Origin: Eledone cirrhosa
Lineage: Eukaryota
Direction: 5' to 3'
Length of the DNA stretch: 64,000 bases
Assembly: GCA_964016885.1 (NCBI GenBank)
Contig: OZ024766.1
Location: forward strand, 11,346,001 to 11,410,000
Shown: positions 20,087 through 34,409 of the stretch, in pieces
Layout: every line of letters begins with the position of its first letter
How positions within the stretch are numbered: position 1 is the stretch's first letter
Notes under the pieces: model-generated
Databases searched by the model: none
The model's input: the letters and a program-made list of their open reading frames with translations, nothing else
What the model was told of the DNA's origin: nothing
Translations under genes and position numbers: made by a program

Positions 20087-23000
20087 TGAGGGATCACAAC
20101 TCTGATACTATGGACATGTGGTTAGAATGTCTGAGGAAAGAATCTCTGAATTGAGAGATCACAGCTCTGATACTATGGACATGTAGTTAGAATGTCTGAG
20201 GAAAGAATATCTGAATTGAGAGATCACAGCTCTGAAACTATGGACATGTGGTTAGAATGTCTCAGGAAAGAATCACTGAATTGAGAGATCACAGCTCTGA
20301 TACTATGGACATGTGGTTAGAATGTCTCAGGAAAGAATCACTGAATTGAGAGATCACAGCTCTGATACTATGGACATGTGGTTAGAATGTCTCAGGAAAG
20401 AATCACTGAATTGAGAGATCACAGCTCTGATACTATGGACATGTGGTTAGAATGTCTCAGGAAAGAATCTCTGAATTGAGAGATCACAGCTCTGAAACTA
20501 TGGACATGTGGTTAGAATGTCTCAGGAAAGAATCTCTGAATTGAGAGACCACAGCTCTGATACTACAGACATGTGGTTAGAATGTCTCAGGAAAGAATCT
20601 CTGGATTGAGAGATCACAGCTCCGATACTATGGACATGTGGTTAGAATGTCTCAGGAAAGAATCTCTGAATTGAGAGATCACAGCTCTGATACTATGGAC
20701 ATGTGGTTAGAATGTCTCAGGAAAGAATCTCTGAATTGAGAGATCACAGCTCTGATACTATGGACATGTGGTTAGAATGTCTCAGGAAAGAATCTCTGAA
20801 TTGAGAGATCACAGCTCTGATACTATGGACATGTGGTTAGAATGTCTCAGGAAAGAATCTCTGAATTGAGAGATCACAGCTCTGATACTATGGACATGTG
20901 GTTAGAATGTCTCAGGAAAGAATCTCTGAATTGAGAGATCACAGCTCTGATACTATGGACATGTGGTTAGAATGTCTCAGGAAAGAATCTCTGAATTGAG
21001 AGATCACAGCTGTGATACTATGGACATGTGGTTAGAATGTCTCAGGAAAGAATCTCTGAATTGAGAGATCACAGCTCTGATACTGTGGACATGTGGTTAG
21101 AATGTCTCAGGAAAGAGTCTCTGAATTGAGAGATCACAGCTCTGATACTATGGACATGTGGTTAGAATGTCTCAGGAAAGAATCTCTGAATTGAGAGATC
21201 ACAGCTGTGATACTATGGACATGTGGTTAGAATGTCTCAGGAAAGATCACTGAATTGAGAGATCACAGCTCTGATACTATGGACATGTGGTTAGAATGTC
21301 TCAGGAAAGAATCTCTGATTTGAGAGATCACAGCTCTGATACTATGGACATGTGGTTAGAATGTCTCAGGAAAGAGTCTCTGAATTGAGAGATCACAGCT
21401 CTGATACTATGGACATGTGGTTAGAATGTCTCAGGAAAGAGTCTCTGAATTGAGAGATCACAGCTCTGATACTATGGACATGTGGTTAGAATGTCTCAGG
21501 AAAGAATCTCTGATTTGAGAGATCACAGCTCTGATACTATGGACATGTGGTTAGAATGTCTCAGGAAAGAGTCTCTGAATTGAGAGATCACAGCTCTGAT
21601 ACTATGGACATGTGGTTAGAATGTCTCAGGAAAGAGTCTCTGAATTGAGAGATCACAGCTCTGATACTATGGACATGTGGTTAGAATGTCTCAGGAAAGA
21701 ATCTCTGATTTGAGAGATCACAGCTCTGATACTATGGACATGTGGTTAGAATGTCTCAGGAAAGAATCTCTGATTTGAGAGATCACAGCTCTGATACTAT
21801 GGACATGTGGTTAGAATGTCTCAGGAAAGAATCTCTGATTTGAGAGATCACAGCTCTGATACTATGGACATGTGGTTAGAATGTCTCAGGAAAGATCACT
21901 GAATTGAGAGATCACAGCTCTGATACTATGGACATGTGGTTAGAATGTCTCAGGAAAGAGTCTCTGAATTGAGAGATCACAGCTCTGATACTACAGACAT
22001 GTGGGTAGAATGTCTCAGGAAAGAGTCTCTGAATTGAGAGATCACAGCTCTGATACTACAGACATGTGGTTAGAATGTCTGAGGAAAGAATCTCTGAGTT
22101 GAGAGATCACAGCTCTGATACTACAGACATGTGGGTAGAATGTCTCAGGAAAGAGTCTCTGAATTGAGAGATCACAGCTCTGATACTATGGACATGTGGT
22201 TAGAATGTCTCAGGAAAGAATCTCTGAATTGAGAGATCACAGCTCTGATACTATGGACATGTGGCTAGAATGTCTCAGGAAAGAATCTCTGAATTGAGAG
22301 ATCACAGCTCTGATACTATGGGCATGTGGTTAGAATGTCTCAGGAAAGAATCTCTGAATTGAGAGATCACAGCTCTGATACTATGGACATGTGGTTAGAA
22401 TGTCTGAGGAAAGAATCTCTGAATTGAGAGATCACAGCTCTGATACTATGGACATGTGGCTAGAATGTCTCAGGAAAGAATCTCTGAATTGAGAGATCAC
22501 AGCTCTGATACTATGGACATGTGGTTAGAATGTCTCAGGAAAGATCACTGAATTGAGAGATCACAGCTCTGATACTATGGACATGTGGTTAGAATGTCTC
22601 AGGAAAGAGTCTCTGAATTGAGAGATCACAGCTCTGATACTATGGACATGTGGTTAGAATGTCTCAGGAAAGAATCTCTGAATTGAGAGATCACAGCTGT
22701 GATACTATGGACATGTGGTTAGAATGTCTCAGGAAAGAGTCTCTGAATTGAGAGATCACAGCTCTGATACTATGGACATGTGGTTAGAATGTCTCAGGAA
22801 AGAATCTCCTAATTGAGAGATCACAGCTCTGATACTATGGACATGTGGTTAGAATGTCTCAGGAAAGATCACTGAATTGAGAGATCACAGCTGTGATACT
22901 ATGGACATGTGGTTAGAATGTCTCAGGAAAGAGTCTCTGAATTGAGAGATCACAGCTCTGATACTATGGACATGTGGTTAGAATGTCTCAGGAAAGAATC

Positions 23001-24017
23001 TCTGAATTGAGAGATCACAGCTCTGATACTATGGACATGTGGTTAGAATGTCTCAGGAAAGAGTCTCTGAATTGAGAGATCACAGCTCTGATATTATGGA
23101 CATGTGGTTAGAATGTCTCAGGAAAGAATCTCCTAATTGAGAGATCACAGCTCTGATACTATGGACATGTGGTTAGAATGTCTCAGGAAAGATCACTGAA
23201 TTGAGAGATCACAGCTGTGATACTATGGACATGTGGTTAGAATATCTCAGGAAAGAGTCTCTGAATTGAGAGATCACAGCTCTGATACTATGGACATGTG
23301 GTTAGAATGTCTCAGGAAAGAATCTCTGAATTGAGAGATCACAGCTCTGATACTATGGACATGTGGTTAGAATGTCTCAGGAAAGAATCTCTGAATTGAG
23401 AGATCACAGCTCTGATACTATGGACATGTGGTTAGAATGTCTCAGGAAAGAATCTCTGGATTGAGAGATCACAGCTCTGATATTATGGACATGTGGTTAG
23501 AATGTCTCAGGAAAGAGTCTCTGAATTGGGAGATCACAGCTGTGATACTATGGATATGTGGTTAGAATGTCTCAGGAAAGAGTCTCTGAATTGAGAGATC
23601 ACAGCTCTGATACTATGGACATGTGGTTAGAATGTCTCAGGAAAGAATCTCCTAATTGAGAGATCACAGCTCTGATACTATGGATATGTGGTTAGAATGT
23701 CTCAGGAAAGATCACTGAATTGAGAGATCACAGCTGTGATACTATGGACATGTGGTTAGAATGTCTCAGGAAAGAGTCTCTGAATTGAGAGATCACAGCT
23801 CTGATACTATGGACATGTGGTTAGAATGTCTCAGGAAAGAATCTCCTAATTGAGAGATCACAGCTCTGATACTATGGACATGTGGTTAGAATGTCTCAGG
23901 AAAGAATCTCTGAATTGAGATACCACAGCTCTGATACTATGGACATGTGGTTAGAATGTCTCAGGAAAGAATCTCTGAATTGAGAGATCACAGCTCTGAT
24001 ACTATGGACATGTGGTT
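20087..24017 (+). repeat. 65-bp satellite, about 60 copies, derived from RTE LINE coding sequence
   Basis: Unit GAGATCACAGCTCTGATACTATGGACATGTGGTTAGAATGTCTCAGGAAAGAATCTCTGAATTGA translates to IERSQL(*/R)YYGHVVRMS(Q/E)ERIS. Confidence 0.95.
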
Positions 24018-24537
24018 GGGGGGGTTTTGGATTTGAGGGTTTGTGGTGCTGGGGTACTGTTGGTGGGGTTATGGTGTTGGCTGGTGTCAATGGCAGGGTG
24101 GAGGTGGTGGTGTGGGGACTGATTGTGGTGGTATTGGTTGTAGTAGTGGGTGGCGGTGGTGGTGTGGTGTGGTGGTGAAGACGGTGGTAGTGATGTAGTG
24201 TAGAAGTGGTGGTTGTCGTGGTGGTGTGGTGGCAGTGTTGTTAATGTTGACCCAGCACACAGCTTTAGTTGTGACCCATATAACAGTGACTGCTTAAGAA
24301 TATCTGGGCCACTACTGCTGTTACTACACACACACACACATATATATATACACACACACACATATATACACACGCATACACGCACACATACCCACACACA
24401 TATATATATATACACACACACACATATATATATATACACACATATATACACACACACATATATATATATACACACATATATACACACACACATGCACACA
24501 CACATATATATATATATACACCCACACATACACAGAC

Positions 24538-24600
<63 letters not shown>

Positions 24601-24886
24601 CACATCTTAGACTACATCCATACACATATGTACAAACATCATACACAGACATATACACACATATATACACCCATATATACACATATATAAATATATATAT
24701 ATATATTCACATATACACATACATATGTAATCACGCACGCGTGCGTACACACACATACACACACAGGTCATAGACCACTTCCACAAAGCACAAAGCTTAC
24801 TTAACCTTCCTCTCAAGTCCCTAAACATTTGATTTGACCCTGTACAAAATTTATGCTGTGACCCAGATTAAACTGAGTCTTAAATC

Positions 24887-25679
24887 CTAACCCCTTTTTT
24901 TATACCAAACCACCTGGACCCCCCCCCCTCCCGTCCAACCCTTGTTCTGTGTGATACAAAACTGTTTTAAAGTGTTTATATTTATCTAAAAAAACTTCCA
25001 TCATAATTTTATGTAAGAACCTTTGTTAAGTTATGTTCCAAACACCCCTGGTTCTATGATACAAAACTGTTTTAAAATGTTTATATTTATCTAGAAACCT
25101 TCCATCATATTTCTATGTAAGAACCTTTGTTAAGTTATGTTCCAAACACCCCTGCTTCTATGATACAAAACTGTTTTAAAGTGTTTATATTTATCTAAAA
25201 AAACTTCCATCATAATTTTATGTAAGAAACCTTTGTTAAGTTATGTTCCAAACACCCCTGGTTCTATGATACAAAACTGTTTGTTTTTAAATGTTTATAT
25301 TTATCTAAAAAAACCTTCCATCATAATTTTATCTAAGAACCTTTGTTAAGTTATGTTCCAAACACCCCTGGTTCTATGATACAAAACTGTTTTAAAGTGT
25401 TTATATTTATCTAAAAAAACTTCCATCATAATTTTATGTAAAAACCTTTGTTAAGTTATATTCCAAACACCCCTGGGTCTATGATACAAAACTGTTTGTT
25501 TTAAAGTGTTTATATTTATCTTAAAACCTCCCATCATAATTTTATGTAAGAAACCTTTGTTAAGGTATGTTCCAAATACCAGCTTAACAATGAGAAAGTT
25601 AAATCCCTTGGTTATTTTTCTAAATTATTTAAAAAACATAGGTATTCTTTCATTAGAAATATGTTAACGAAAGGGTTAA
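24887..25679. mobile_element. piggyBac-like MITE with about 6 tandem copies of an internal 105-110 bp unit
   Basis: Ends CTAA-CCCCTTT ... AAAGGG-TTAA; tandem unit TGATACAAAACTGTTTTAAAGTGTTTATATTTATCT...TTCCATCAT...GTTCCAAACACCCCTGGTTCTA. A fragment also occurs at 12830-12880. Confidence 0.6.
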
Positions 25680-25726
25680 TGTCCTGTACCATAAGAAACC
25701 ACATTAACCAGACTATCCTGAAAAGA

Positions 25727-26387
25727 ACAAAACAACACTATGACTACATCACATTAAATATTAAAGTCTTTACTATAATACTGTAAATTGTCACAACAAT
25801 CTGTCCACTAGTAAAGATACTATAAACATTTAGTACAAAACAACACTATGACTACATCACATTAAATATTAAAGTCTTTACTGTAATACTGTAAATTTTC
25901 ACAACAATCTGTCCACCAGTAAAGATACTATAAACATTTAGTACAAAACAACACTATGACTACATCACATTAAATATTAAAGTCTTTACTGTAATACTGT
26001 AAATTGTCACAACAATCTGTCCACCAGTAAAGATACTATAAACATTTAGTACAAAACAACACTATGACTACATCACATTAAATATTAAAGTCTTTACTGT
26101 AATACTGTAAATATTCACAACAATCTGTCCACCAGTAAAGATACTATAAACATTTAGTACAAAACAACACTATGACTACATCACATTAAATATTAAAGTC
26201 TTTACTGTAATACTGTAAATTTTCACAACAATCTGTCCACTAGTAAAGATACTATAAACATTTAGTACAAAACAACACTATGACTACATCACATTAAATA
26301 TTAAAGTCTTTACTGTAATACTGTAAATTTTCACAACAATCTGTCCACCAGTAAAGATACTATAAACATTTAGTACAAAACAACACT
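25727..26387. repeat. 108-bp AT-rich tandem repeat, about 6 copies
   Basis: Unit ACAAAACAACACTATGACTACATCACATTAAATATTAAAGTCTTTACTG...AAACATTTAGT. Confidence 0.95.
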
Positions 26388-26530
26388 GACTCGCTCATAT
26401 AGGACTGTTTCTGGCCAGTTTTCTACAGCTGGATGCCCTTCTTAACGCCAACCACATTGACAGTGTGGACTGGGTGCTTTTTGCCATGACACCTACATGA
26501 CCACTTTACAGAGTGGACTGGGTGCTTTTT
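26388..26530 (-). mobile_element. Fragment of RTE-derived SINE module
   Basis: TTCTACAGCTGGATGCCCTTCTTAACGCCAACCAC plus two copies of the 48-bp unit. Confidence 0.75.
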
Positions 26531-26637
26531 GGGGATGATTTTCCTCGGATTCAATGGGGGGGGGGGGGGGGGGGGTAACCACAGTAAGTAAGGCACTCAA
26601 TATATTAGAGTGTAAAGAGCAAAATTGCTATATATAT

Positions 26638-26984
26638 CATTTCATCATCATCATTTCATTTTTACGTCCGCTTTTCCCTGCTTGCAAGGGTGGCACGGGA
26701 ACTGATTCTGGCTTGATTTCTACAGCTGGATGCCCTTCCTAACACCAACCTCATTTACAGTGAGTGCTGGGTGCTTTTTTTTGCCGTGCGACCTCCACGA
26801 CCACTTTGCAGTGGAATGATAGGGACCACAGCCCCTATCATCTCATTTCTACAGCTGAGTAAACTGGAGCAATGTGAAATAAAGTGTCTTGCTCAAGGAA
26901 ACAACACATCACCCGGTCTGAGAATTGAACTCACAACTTTTCGATTGCAAGGCCAATGCTCTAACCACTAAGCCATGTGCCTCC
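26638..26984 (-). mobile_element. Full-length tRNA-derived SINE (same family as 15904-16242)
   Basis: Closely similar reverse complement of 15904-16242. Confidence 0.9.
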
Positions 26985-27295
26985 ATTTATATATATATTT
27001 ACACCCTCCAGTATTCCAATGATTTGATCAGAGGTAAACACTGTATTTAAGGTCGAGTGATGCAACTTTGAGTAATTAGCGGCCTTTAGACTCACCTGAT
27101 CAACGAAACAATTGTTACTACTGTAAATGAAACCCCTTTTGTACAGCCGACCATGTTATTCTTCACTCTTTCACTATATATATACTATTTTCCTGACATT
27201 TGTACATTATTCTATGTACTATACATGCACCTTTGATGAGTTGTAGTGCACCTGAGCACTGTACACAATAATTTCATTATTATTATATATGTGTA

Positions 27296-27343
<48 letters not shown>

Positions 27344-27429
27344 TGTGTAGACAGGTAGATGGATTGACAGTAGGTGAAGGGTTGGGGTAGTGAGTGACTG
27401 AAAGAGGTCAGGGTGGGAGAAATGAAACA

Positions 27430-28196
27430 GAATAGAAAGAGTAAAGTATTAGAGAGAGAGGGGGAGATAGCGAAAGAAAGAGACTGGGAGAGAGAGAGAG
27501 AGAGGGTGAAATGAGGGTAGATAGATAGAGAGAGAGAAAGAGATAGTGTGTGTGTGAGAGAGAGAGAGAGACAGAAAAGAGAAATACAGAGAGATAGTGT
27601 GTGAGAGGGAGAGGGAGATATTGTGCGTGAGAGAGAGAGAGAGAGATATGTGAGAGAAAGAAAGAGAGAGATAGTGTGTGAGAGGGAGAGGGAGATATTG
27701 TGCGTGAGAGAGAGAGAGAGAGATAGTGTGTGAGAGAGAAAGAGTTAGTATGTGAGATATATATATATATAGTGTGTGAGAGAGAGAAAGAAAGAGTGTG
27801 TGTGTGTGAGAGAGAAAGAGTGTGTGTGTGACAGAAAGAGAGAGAGATACTGTGTGTGAGAGAGAGAGAGAGAGTGTGTGTGTGTGACAGAAAGAGAGAG
27901 AGATAGTGTGTGTGAGAGAGAGAGAGAGAAAGAGAGAGTGTGTGTGACAGAAAGAGAGAGAGAGATAGTGTGTGTGAGAGAGAGAGATAGTGTGTGTGAG
28001 AGAGAGAGAAAGAAAGAGAGTGTGTGTGAGAGAGAGATAGTGTGTGTGACAGAAAGAGAGAGAGATAGTGTGTGAGAGAGAAAGAGAGAGAAAGAAAGAG
28101 AGTGTGTGTGTGTGACAGAAAGAGAGAGAGATAGTGTGTGTGAGAGAGAGAGAGAGAAAGAGAGTGTGTGTGTGTGACAGAAAGAGAGAGAGATAG

Positions 28197-28240
<44 letters not shown>

Positions 28241-31200
28241 TGTGTGTGTGTGACAGAAAGAGAGAGAGATAGTGTGTGAGAGAGAGAGAAAGAGAGAGAG
28301 TGTGTGTCTGACAGAAAGAAAGAGAGAGTGTGTGTCTGACAGAAAGAGAGAGAGAGAGATAGTGTGTGAGAGAGAGAGATAGTGTGTGAGAGAGAGAGAA
28401 AGAGAGAGAGTGTGTGTCTGACAGAAAGAAAGAGAGAGAGTGTGTGTCTGACAGAAAGAGAGAGAGAGAGTGTGTGTGTGTGTGACAGAAAGAGAGAGAG
28501 AGATAGTGTGTGTGAGAGAGAAAGAAAGAGAGTGTGTGTGTGTGACAGAGAGAGAGAGAGAGATAGTGTGTGAGAGAGAGAGAGAGAGAGAGAGATAGTG
28601 TGAGAGAGAGAGAGAGAGGGAGAGAGAGAGAGAGTGTGTGTGTAAGGATGTGGTGGTGGTGGGGTGGGGCGGGGGGTAATTGAGGCCAATGTTTGTGAAA
28701 GAAAGAAAGTGAAAGTCGAACAATTAAGAGTTAGAAAAAGGTAGAGGATGGTTTGGGGTAGAGAGAGTGAGGGGGTGGTGGTGGAGGGGTGTGTGTGTGT
28801 GTGAGTGAGAGAGATAAAGGGAGAGCTAAAGAAGAGAGAGGGAGAAAGAGAAAGAAAAAGAAATAGAGAATTCAGGACAAAGAGAGAGAGTGAGAGAGTT
28901 AAGGGTAAAGAGAGGGGGAAGGCGAGAAAGAGAGAGTGTGAGTGAGAGAGTTAAGGGTAAAGAGAGAGGGAAGGGGAGAAAAAGAGAGAGAGAGAGAGAG
29001 AGAAGTAAGAATCTGCGTTAGAGATAGAAAGAGTGAAAGAAATGAGAGAGTATGAGGGAAAGTAAGAGTAGAAGAGAGAGACGAAAGAGAAAGGGGGAGG
29101 GAAAGAGGAACAGAATAGAAAGAAGGGGAGGTGGAAAGGGAAAGAGTAATGGAACTAAGAGAGGAAGAGGGGGAGAGAGAGGGCGAAGGGAGAGAGAGAA
29201 ATATATATAAGAAAATAAGAACGATGGAGAAAGAGTAAAAGTGTATATGCGTGTGTAAGAGGGAGGAAGGGGAGGAAGGGAAAGAATAACGGTATTGAAG
29301 GAGGAGGAAATAGATATATAGATAGATAGATAGAGAGAGTAATAAATAGATAGATAGATAGAGAGGGAATAAACGTGATAGATAGATAGAGAGAAAGAGT
29401 GATAGATAGATAGACAGATAGAGAGAAAGTAAAAAAAAAGGAGGTAAAAAGAAAGACTAAACATAGAAGAGAGGGGGGGGAAATAGATAGAGAGAAAGGT
29501 GAAGGAGAAAGAAAGAGTAATAAAATAGAAAGAGGAGGTGGAGAGAAAGATAGAGAGTTATAACGGCAGGTCAGAATAGATAGAGTAATGCTATAATGGG
29601 AGGAGGAGGTGGAGAGAAAGATAGAGAGTTATAACGGCAGGTCAGAATAGATAGAGTAATGCTATAATGGGAGGAGGAGGTGGAGAGAAAGATAGAGAGT
29701 TATAAGGGCAGGTCAGAATAGAAAGCGTAAAGATATAATGAGAGGGGGGAGTAAAAGAGAAAGAGCGGCAGAGACGAATGTGTGAAAGGGGAGGTCAAAA
29801 TAGGGAGAGTAATGAAATAATGAGAGGAGGGGAGTAAAAGAAAGAGAGGGAGAAGCGTATGTAAGTGAGGTCAGATTAGAAAGAGTAAAAGAATGATTGG
29901 AGGGGGAGGAAGAGAGAAAGAAAAGCAAACGAATTGGTTAGAGAGAGGTCAAAAGTGAAAGGGGGATGAAATAATAGGAGGGAGAGAGAGAAGAGTAGAT
30001 AGACATATGTTAAAGGGAGGTCAAAGTGAGAGAGTAAAAACTTATAGGAAGGGATAGCTAGAGGTCAGAAGTGAAAGTGTGATAGACTATAAGGAGGGAG
30101 AGAGAGGGGAGTCACAAGTGAAAGTATGATAGTATATAAGGAGGGATAGAGAGAGAGAGGTCAGAAGTGAAAGAGTAAAAGACTATAAGGAAAGGGAGAG
30201 AGAGAGAGATAGAGTAATATACTATAAGGAGGGATAGAGAGAGAGGGGGGGTGGGCAGAAGTGAAAGAGTGATAGACTATAAGGAGAGAGAGAGGTCAGA
30301 AGTGAAAGAGTGATAGATTATAAGGAAGGATAAAGAGAGAAAAAAAGACAATATGTTAGAGAGAGGGTGAGAAGTGAAAGAGTAATAGATAGAAATAGAG
30401 ACAGACGTAATATATTAGAGAGAGAGGGGAGTCAGAAGTGAAAGAGTGATGGACTATAAGGAGGGATAGTAAGAGGGAGACAGACGTAATATATTAAAAA
30501 GAGAGAAAAAGTGAAAGGGTAATGAAATATAACGAAGGGTAGAGAAAGAGAGCCTACCGATGAGAAAGACTAATAAATTATAAGGAGGGGTGGTGAGAGA
30601 GAAAGACATAATGTTAAGGAGAGGGGTAAAAGTGAAAGAGTAAAGAAACAATAGGAGGGTTAAAGAGACAGCAAGATATATAGATATAGATATTAGAGAG
30701 GAGGTCAGAAGCGAAAAACTAATGAACTATAGCGAGGGATGTGAGAGAGACAGACATATAGATATATATTAGAGAGGAGGTCAAAAGTGAAAGAGTAATG
30801 ATATATAAGCAAGGGCAGTGAAAGACTAATAAAAGAGAAGGAGGGATGGGGTGAGAGAAAGACATAATGTTAGAGAGAGGGGTAAAAGTGAAGGAGTAAA
30901 AGGATCGACGGAGAGACAGAAAGACATACTGTTAGAGAGAGGGGTAAAAGTGAAAGAGTATGAAAGAGTAAAAGGAGCGACGGAGAGACAGAAAGATATA
31001 ATGTAAGCGAGAGGGGTAAAAGTGAAAGAGTAAAAGGAATGATGGAGAGATAGAAAGACATAATGTTAGAGAGAGGGATAAAAGTGAAAGAGTAAAAGGA
31101 GTGATGGAGAGATAGAAAGACATAATGTTAGAGAGAGGGATAAAAGTGAAAGAGTAAAAGGAGTGATGGAGAGATAGAAAGACATAATGTTAGAGAGAGG

Positions 31201-31250
31201 GGTAAAAGGTGATAGGGTAATGAAATAATAAGAGGGGTAAAGCGAGAAGG
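27430..31250. repeat. Purine-rich (GA)n/(GT)n compound microsatellite and degenerate GA-rich minisatellites
   Basis: Direct inspection; recurring AGGTCAGAAGTGAAAGAGT and GAAAGACATAATGTTAGAGAGAGGG units. Confidence 0.88.
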
Positions 31251-31369
31251 GGAGGAAGGTTGTCTAGTTCTTACGAGACATACAAACGGTGTGTTTTGAG
31301 ACAAAACCGGCAGTAGAGCGACTGGTCGCTCTAGAGAGAAGACGTGTTTCTATGTTGCTCTTGTATGTA

Positions 31370-31406
<37 letters not shown>

Positions 31407-32036
31407 GTAGCATATAGATGTATGTATATATAGTGTACACATGTAGATGTATGTATATATATTTATAGTGTATACATATAGATGTATGTATGTATATATA
31501 TATATATATATAATGTATGTATATATAATATATAGCGTATTACATGTATAGAAAAGATTTAACCTTTCTGTTGCTATTGTGTATATATATATATATATCT
31601 AAATATGTTATATACATACATAGAATTGACGATTTTATACATATATATATATAAACATACATACAGTTGAAGATTTTATACACACACACACACATACATA
31701 TATATACATATATATATATATATAAACATACATACACTTGACGGTTTTATATATACATATCTACGAGTGTGTGTGTGTATGTATATATAAATACATACGT
31801 ATATATATACATACAGATGTTTCTTCTTCCCATGGCCACTACATCGAACCAATCTATTACCTCATACCATATACCCACTCGGATACGGATACACTATTTA
31901 CACTGCAGGACGGACGGTCGTGGATGGAGTACCTTTGATCACACACACACACACGTATATAGGATCTTAATTACTCCATCAGGAGTGACCTAGGGTTAAA
32001 CAGCATCAATATGGATTTATATTTGAAAACAAGGAA

Positions 32037-32741
32037 GGACACATTAGATAATGTAGTCCTAGATACACTGTGTCTGTATATAAGACAGGACACACTAGAT
32101 ATTGTAGTCCTAGGTACACTGTGTCTGTATATAAGACAGGACACATAAGATACTGTAGTCCTAGGTAGACTGTGTCTGTATATAAGACAGGACACATTAG
32201 ATAATGTAGTCCTAGATATACTGTGTCTGTATATAAGACATGACACATTAGATAATGTAGTCCTAGATACACTGTGTCTGTATATAAGACAGGAAACATT
32301 AGATAATGTAGTCCTAGGTACACTGTGTCTATATAAGACAGGACACATTAGATAGTGTAGTCCTAGGTAGACTGTGTCTGTATATAAGACAGGACACATT
32401 AGATAATGTAGTCCTAGATACACTGTGTCTGTATATAAGACAGGACACATTAGATATTGTAGTCCTAGGTAGACTGTGTCTGTATATAAGACAGGACACA
32501 TTAGATAATATAGTCCTAGATACACTGTGTCTGTATATAAGACAGGACACATTAGATAATGTAGTCCTAGGTACACTGTGTCTGTATATAAGACAGGACA
32601 CATTAGATAATGTAGTCCTAGATACACTGTGTCTGTATATAAGACAGGACACATTAGATAATGTAGTCCTAGGTACACTGTGTCTGTATATAAGACAGGA
32701 CACATTAGATAATGTAGTCCTAGATACACTGTGTCTGTACA
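32037..32741. repeat. 51-bp minisatellite, about 14 copies, inside a cluster of SINE-like 3' ends
   Basis: Unit GGACACATTAGATAATGTAGTCCTAGATACACTGTGTCTGTATATAAGACA; flanked by three copies of ...CTTTGATC...TGACCTAGGG(T/C)TAAA (about 31930-32000, 32770-32825, 32880-32930). Confidence 0.93.
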
Positions 32742-33037
32742 TAAAACGGGATGGTCACAGTTGGAAGAGCTTTGATCAGAGGTCTACTCTGCATCTTAAC
32801 CCTGACTGACCTAGGGCTAAAAAACAACTAGGAATGGTACATTAGATAATGTAGTCCTAGATACACCGTGTCTGGAACACCTTTGATCATTGGTCTCTCT
32901 ACAGGACCAAGTCTGACCTAGGGTTAAACTAAGGCAACACCTGGATCTTTACAAATTTGGATATATTTACCTGTGGAACCTCCAAGGATTTAATTAGGCA
33001 CCTGCTTATGTGTAAGTATATTTACCTGTCTACACAC

Positions 33038-33080
<43 letters not shown>

Positions 33081-33154
33081 GGTGTGTGTGTGTGTATGTA
33101 TGTATATATATATGTGTGTGTATATATGTGTATATATATATGTATGTGTATATC

Positions 33155-33193
<39 letters not shown>

Positions 33194-33501
33194 ATGTATG
33201 TATGTATATGTATGTGTATATATATATATGTATGTGTATATCTATATGTGTATATATATGTATATATGTGTGTATGTGTGTATGTATGTATGTATATTTA
33301 TGTGTATATACATACACACGTGCTAAATGTTATATAGTTTTCATTCATTCATTATCAGTCACATAACAAATATATATGTGATCATATATATACATACATG
33401 TATATATATGATCACACATATATATATATATATATATCATCATCATCGTTTAACGTCCATCTTCCACGCTTGCATGGGTATATATATATATATACAGCTA
33501 T

Positions 33502-33543
<42 letters not shown>

Positions 33544-33607
33544 GTAAACAATCACGCACACACCCTGTATATATATGTATATATATAATATATATAATAC
33601 ATATATA

Positions 33608-33679
33608 CAGGGTGTCCCCCCAAAAATGTATACACACATCAACAGCAAGTGTGTGTATACATTGTTGGGGGACACCCTG
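33608..33679. mobile_element. Mini-MITE (72 bp, almost entirely palindromic)
   Basis: TA-CAGGGTGTCCCCCCAAAAATGTATACACAC...GTGTGTATACATTGTTGGGGGACACCCTG-TA. Confidence 0.8.
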
Positions 33680-34092
33680 TATACACACTTACACACACAC
33701 ACACACACACACACTCACACATCCACATACAATCACACACACACACATTCACACTCTCACACATACAGTCACACACACACATCCACAAACACATTCACAC
33801 TCACATACATACATACGCACAGACACTCTCACACACATACACACACACACACTCTCACACATACACACACACACATTCACTCTCACATACATACACACAC
33901 ACTCTCACACTCATATATGTAAAAGGTAAACAGAAATTGTGAGAGAGAGAGTGTGTGTGAGAGAGAGAGAGTGTGTGTGTGTGAGAGAGAGAGTGTGTGT
34001 GAGAGAGAGAGAGTGTGTGTGTATGTGTGAGAGAGAGTGTGTGTGTGAGAGAGTGTGTGAGAGAGAGAGAGAGTGTGTGTGTGTGAGAGAGA

Positions 34093-34123
<31 letters not shown>

Positions 34124-34376
34124 TGTGTGTGAGAGAGAGAGTGTGTGTGTGAGAGAGAGAGTGTGTGTGTGTGAGAGAGAGTGTGTGTGTGTGAGAGAGT
34201 GTGTGTGTGAGAGAGAGAGTGTGTGTGTGAGAGAGAGAGTGTGTGTGTGTGAGAGAGAGTGTGTGTGTGTGTGAGAGAGAGTGTGTGTGTGTGAGAGAGG
34301 GAGAGTGTGTGAGAGAGAGTGTGTGTGAGAGAGAGAGAGTGTGTGTGTGTGTGAGAGTGTGTGTGTGTGTGAGAGA

Positions 34377-34409
<33 letters not shown>

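Noticed and set aside
27200-27286. Possible LINE 3' end with an (ATT)n tail
   Set aside because: Single copy in the window with no coding remnant, so the family cannot be supported.
31314-31334. Hairpin TAGAGCGAC-TG-GTCGCTCTAG as a Helitron 3' end or terminator
   Set aside because: The CTAG is part of the stem rather than lying about 10 nt downstream; single occurrence.
31817-31916. Possible exon after TACAG
   Set aside because: No polypyrimidine tract, weak donor, no recognisable peptide, and the 3' part runs into a SINE-like repeat.
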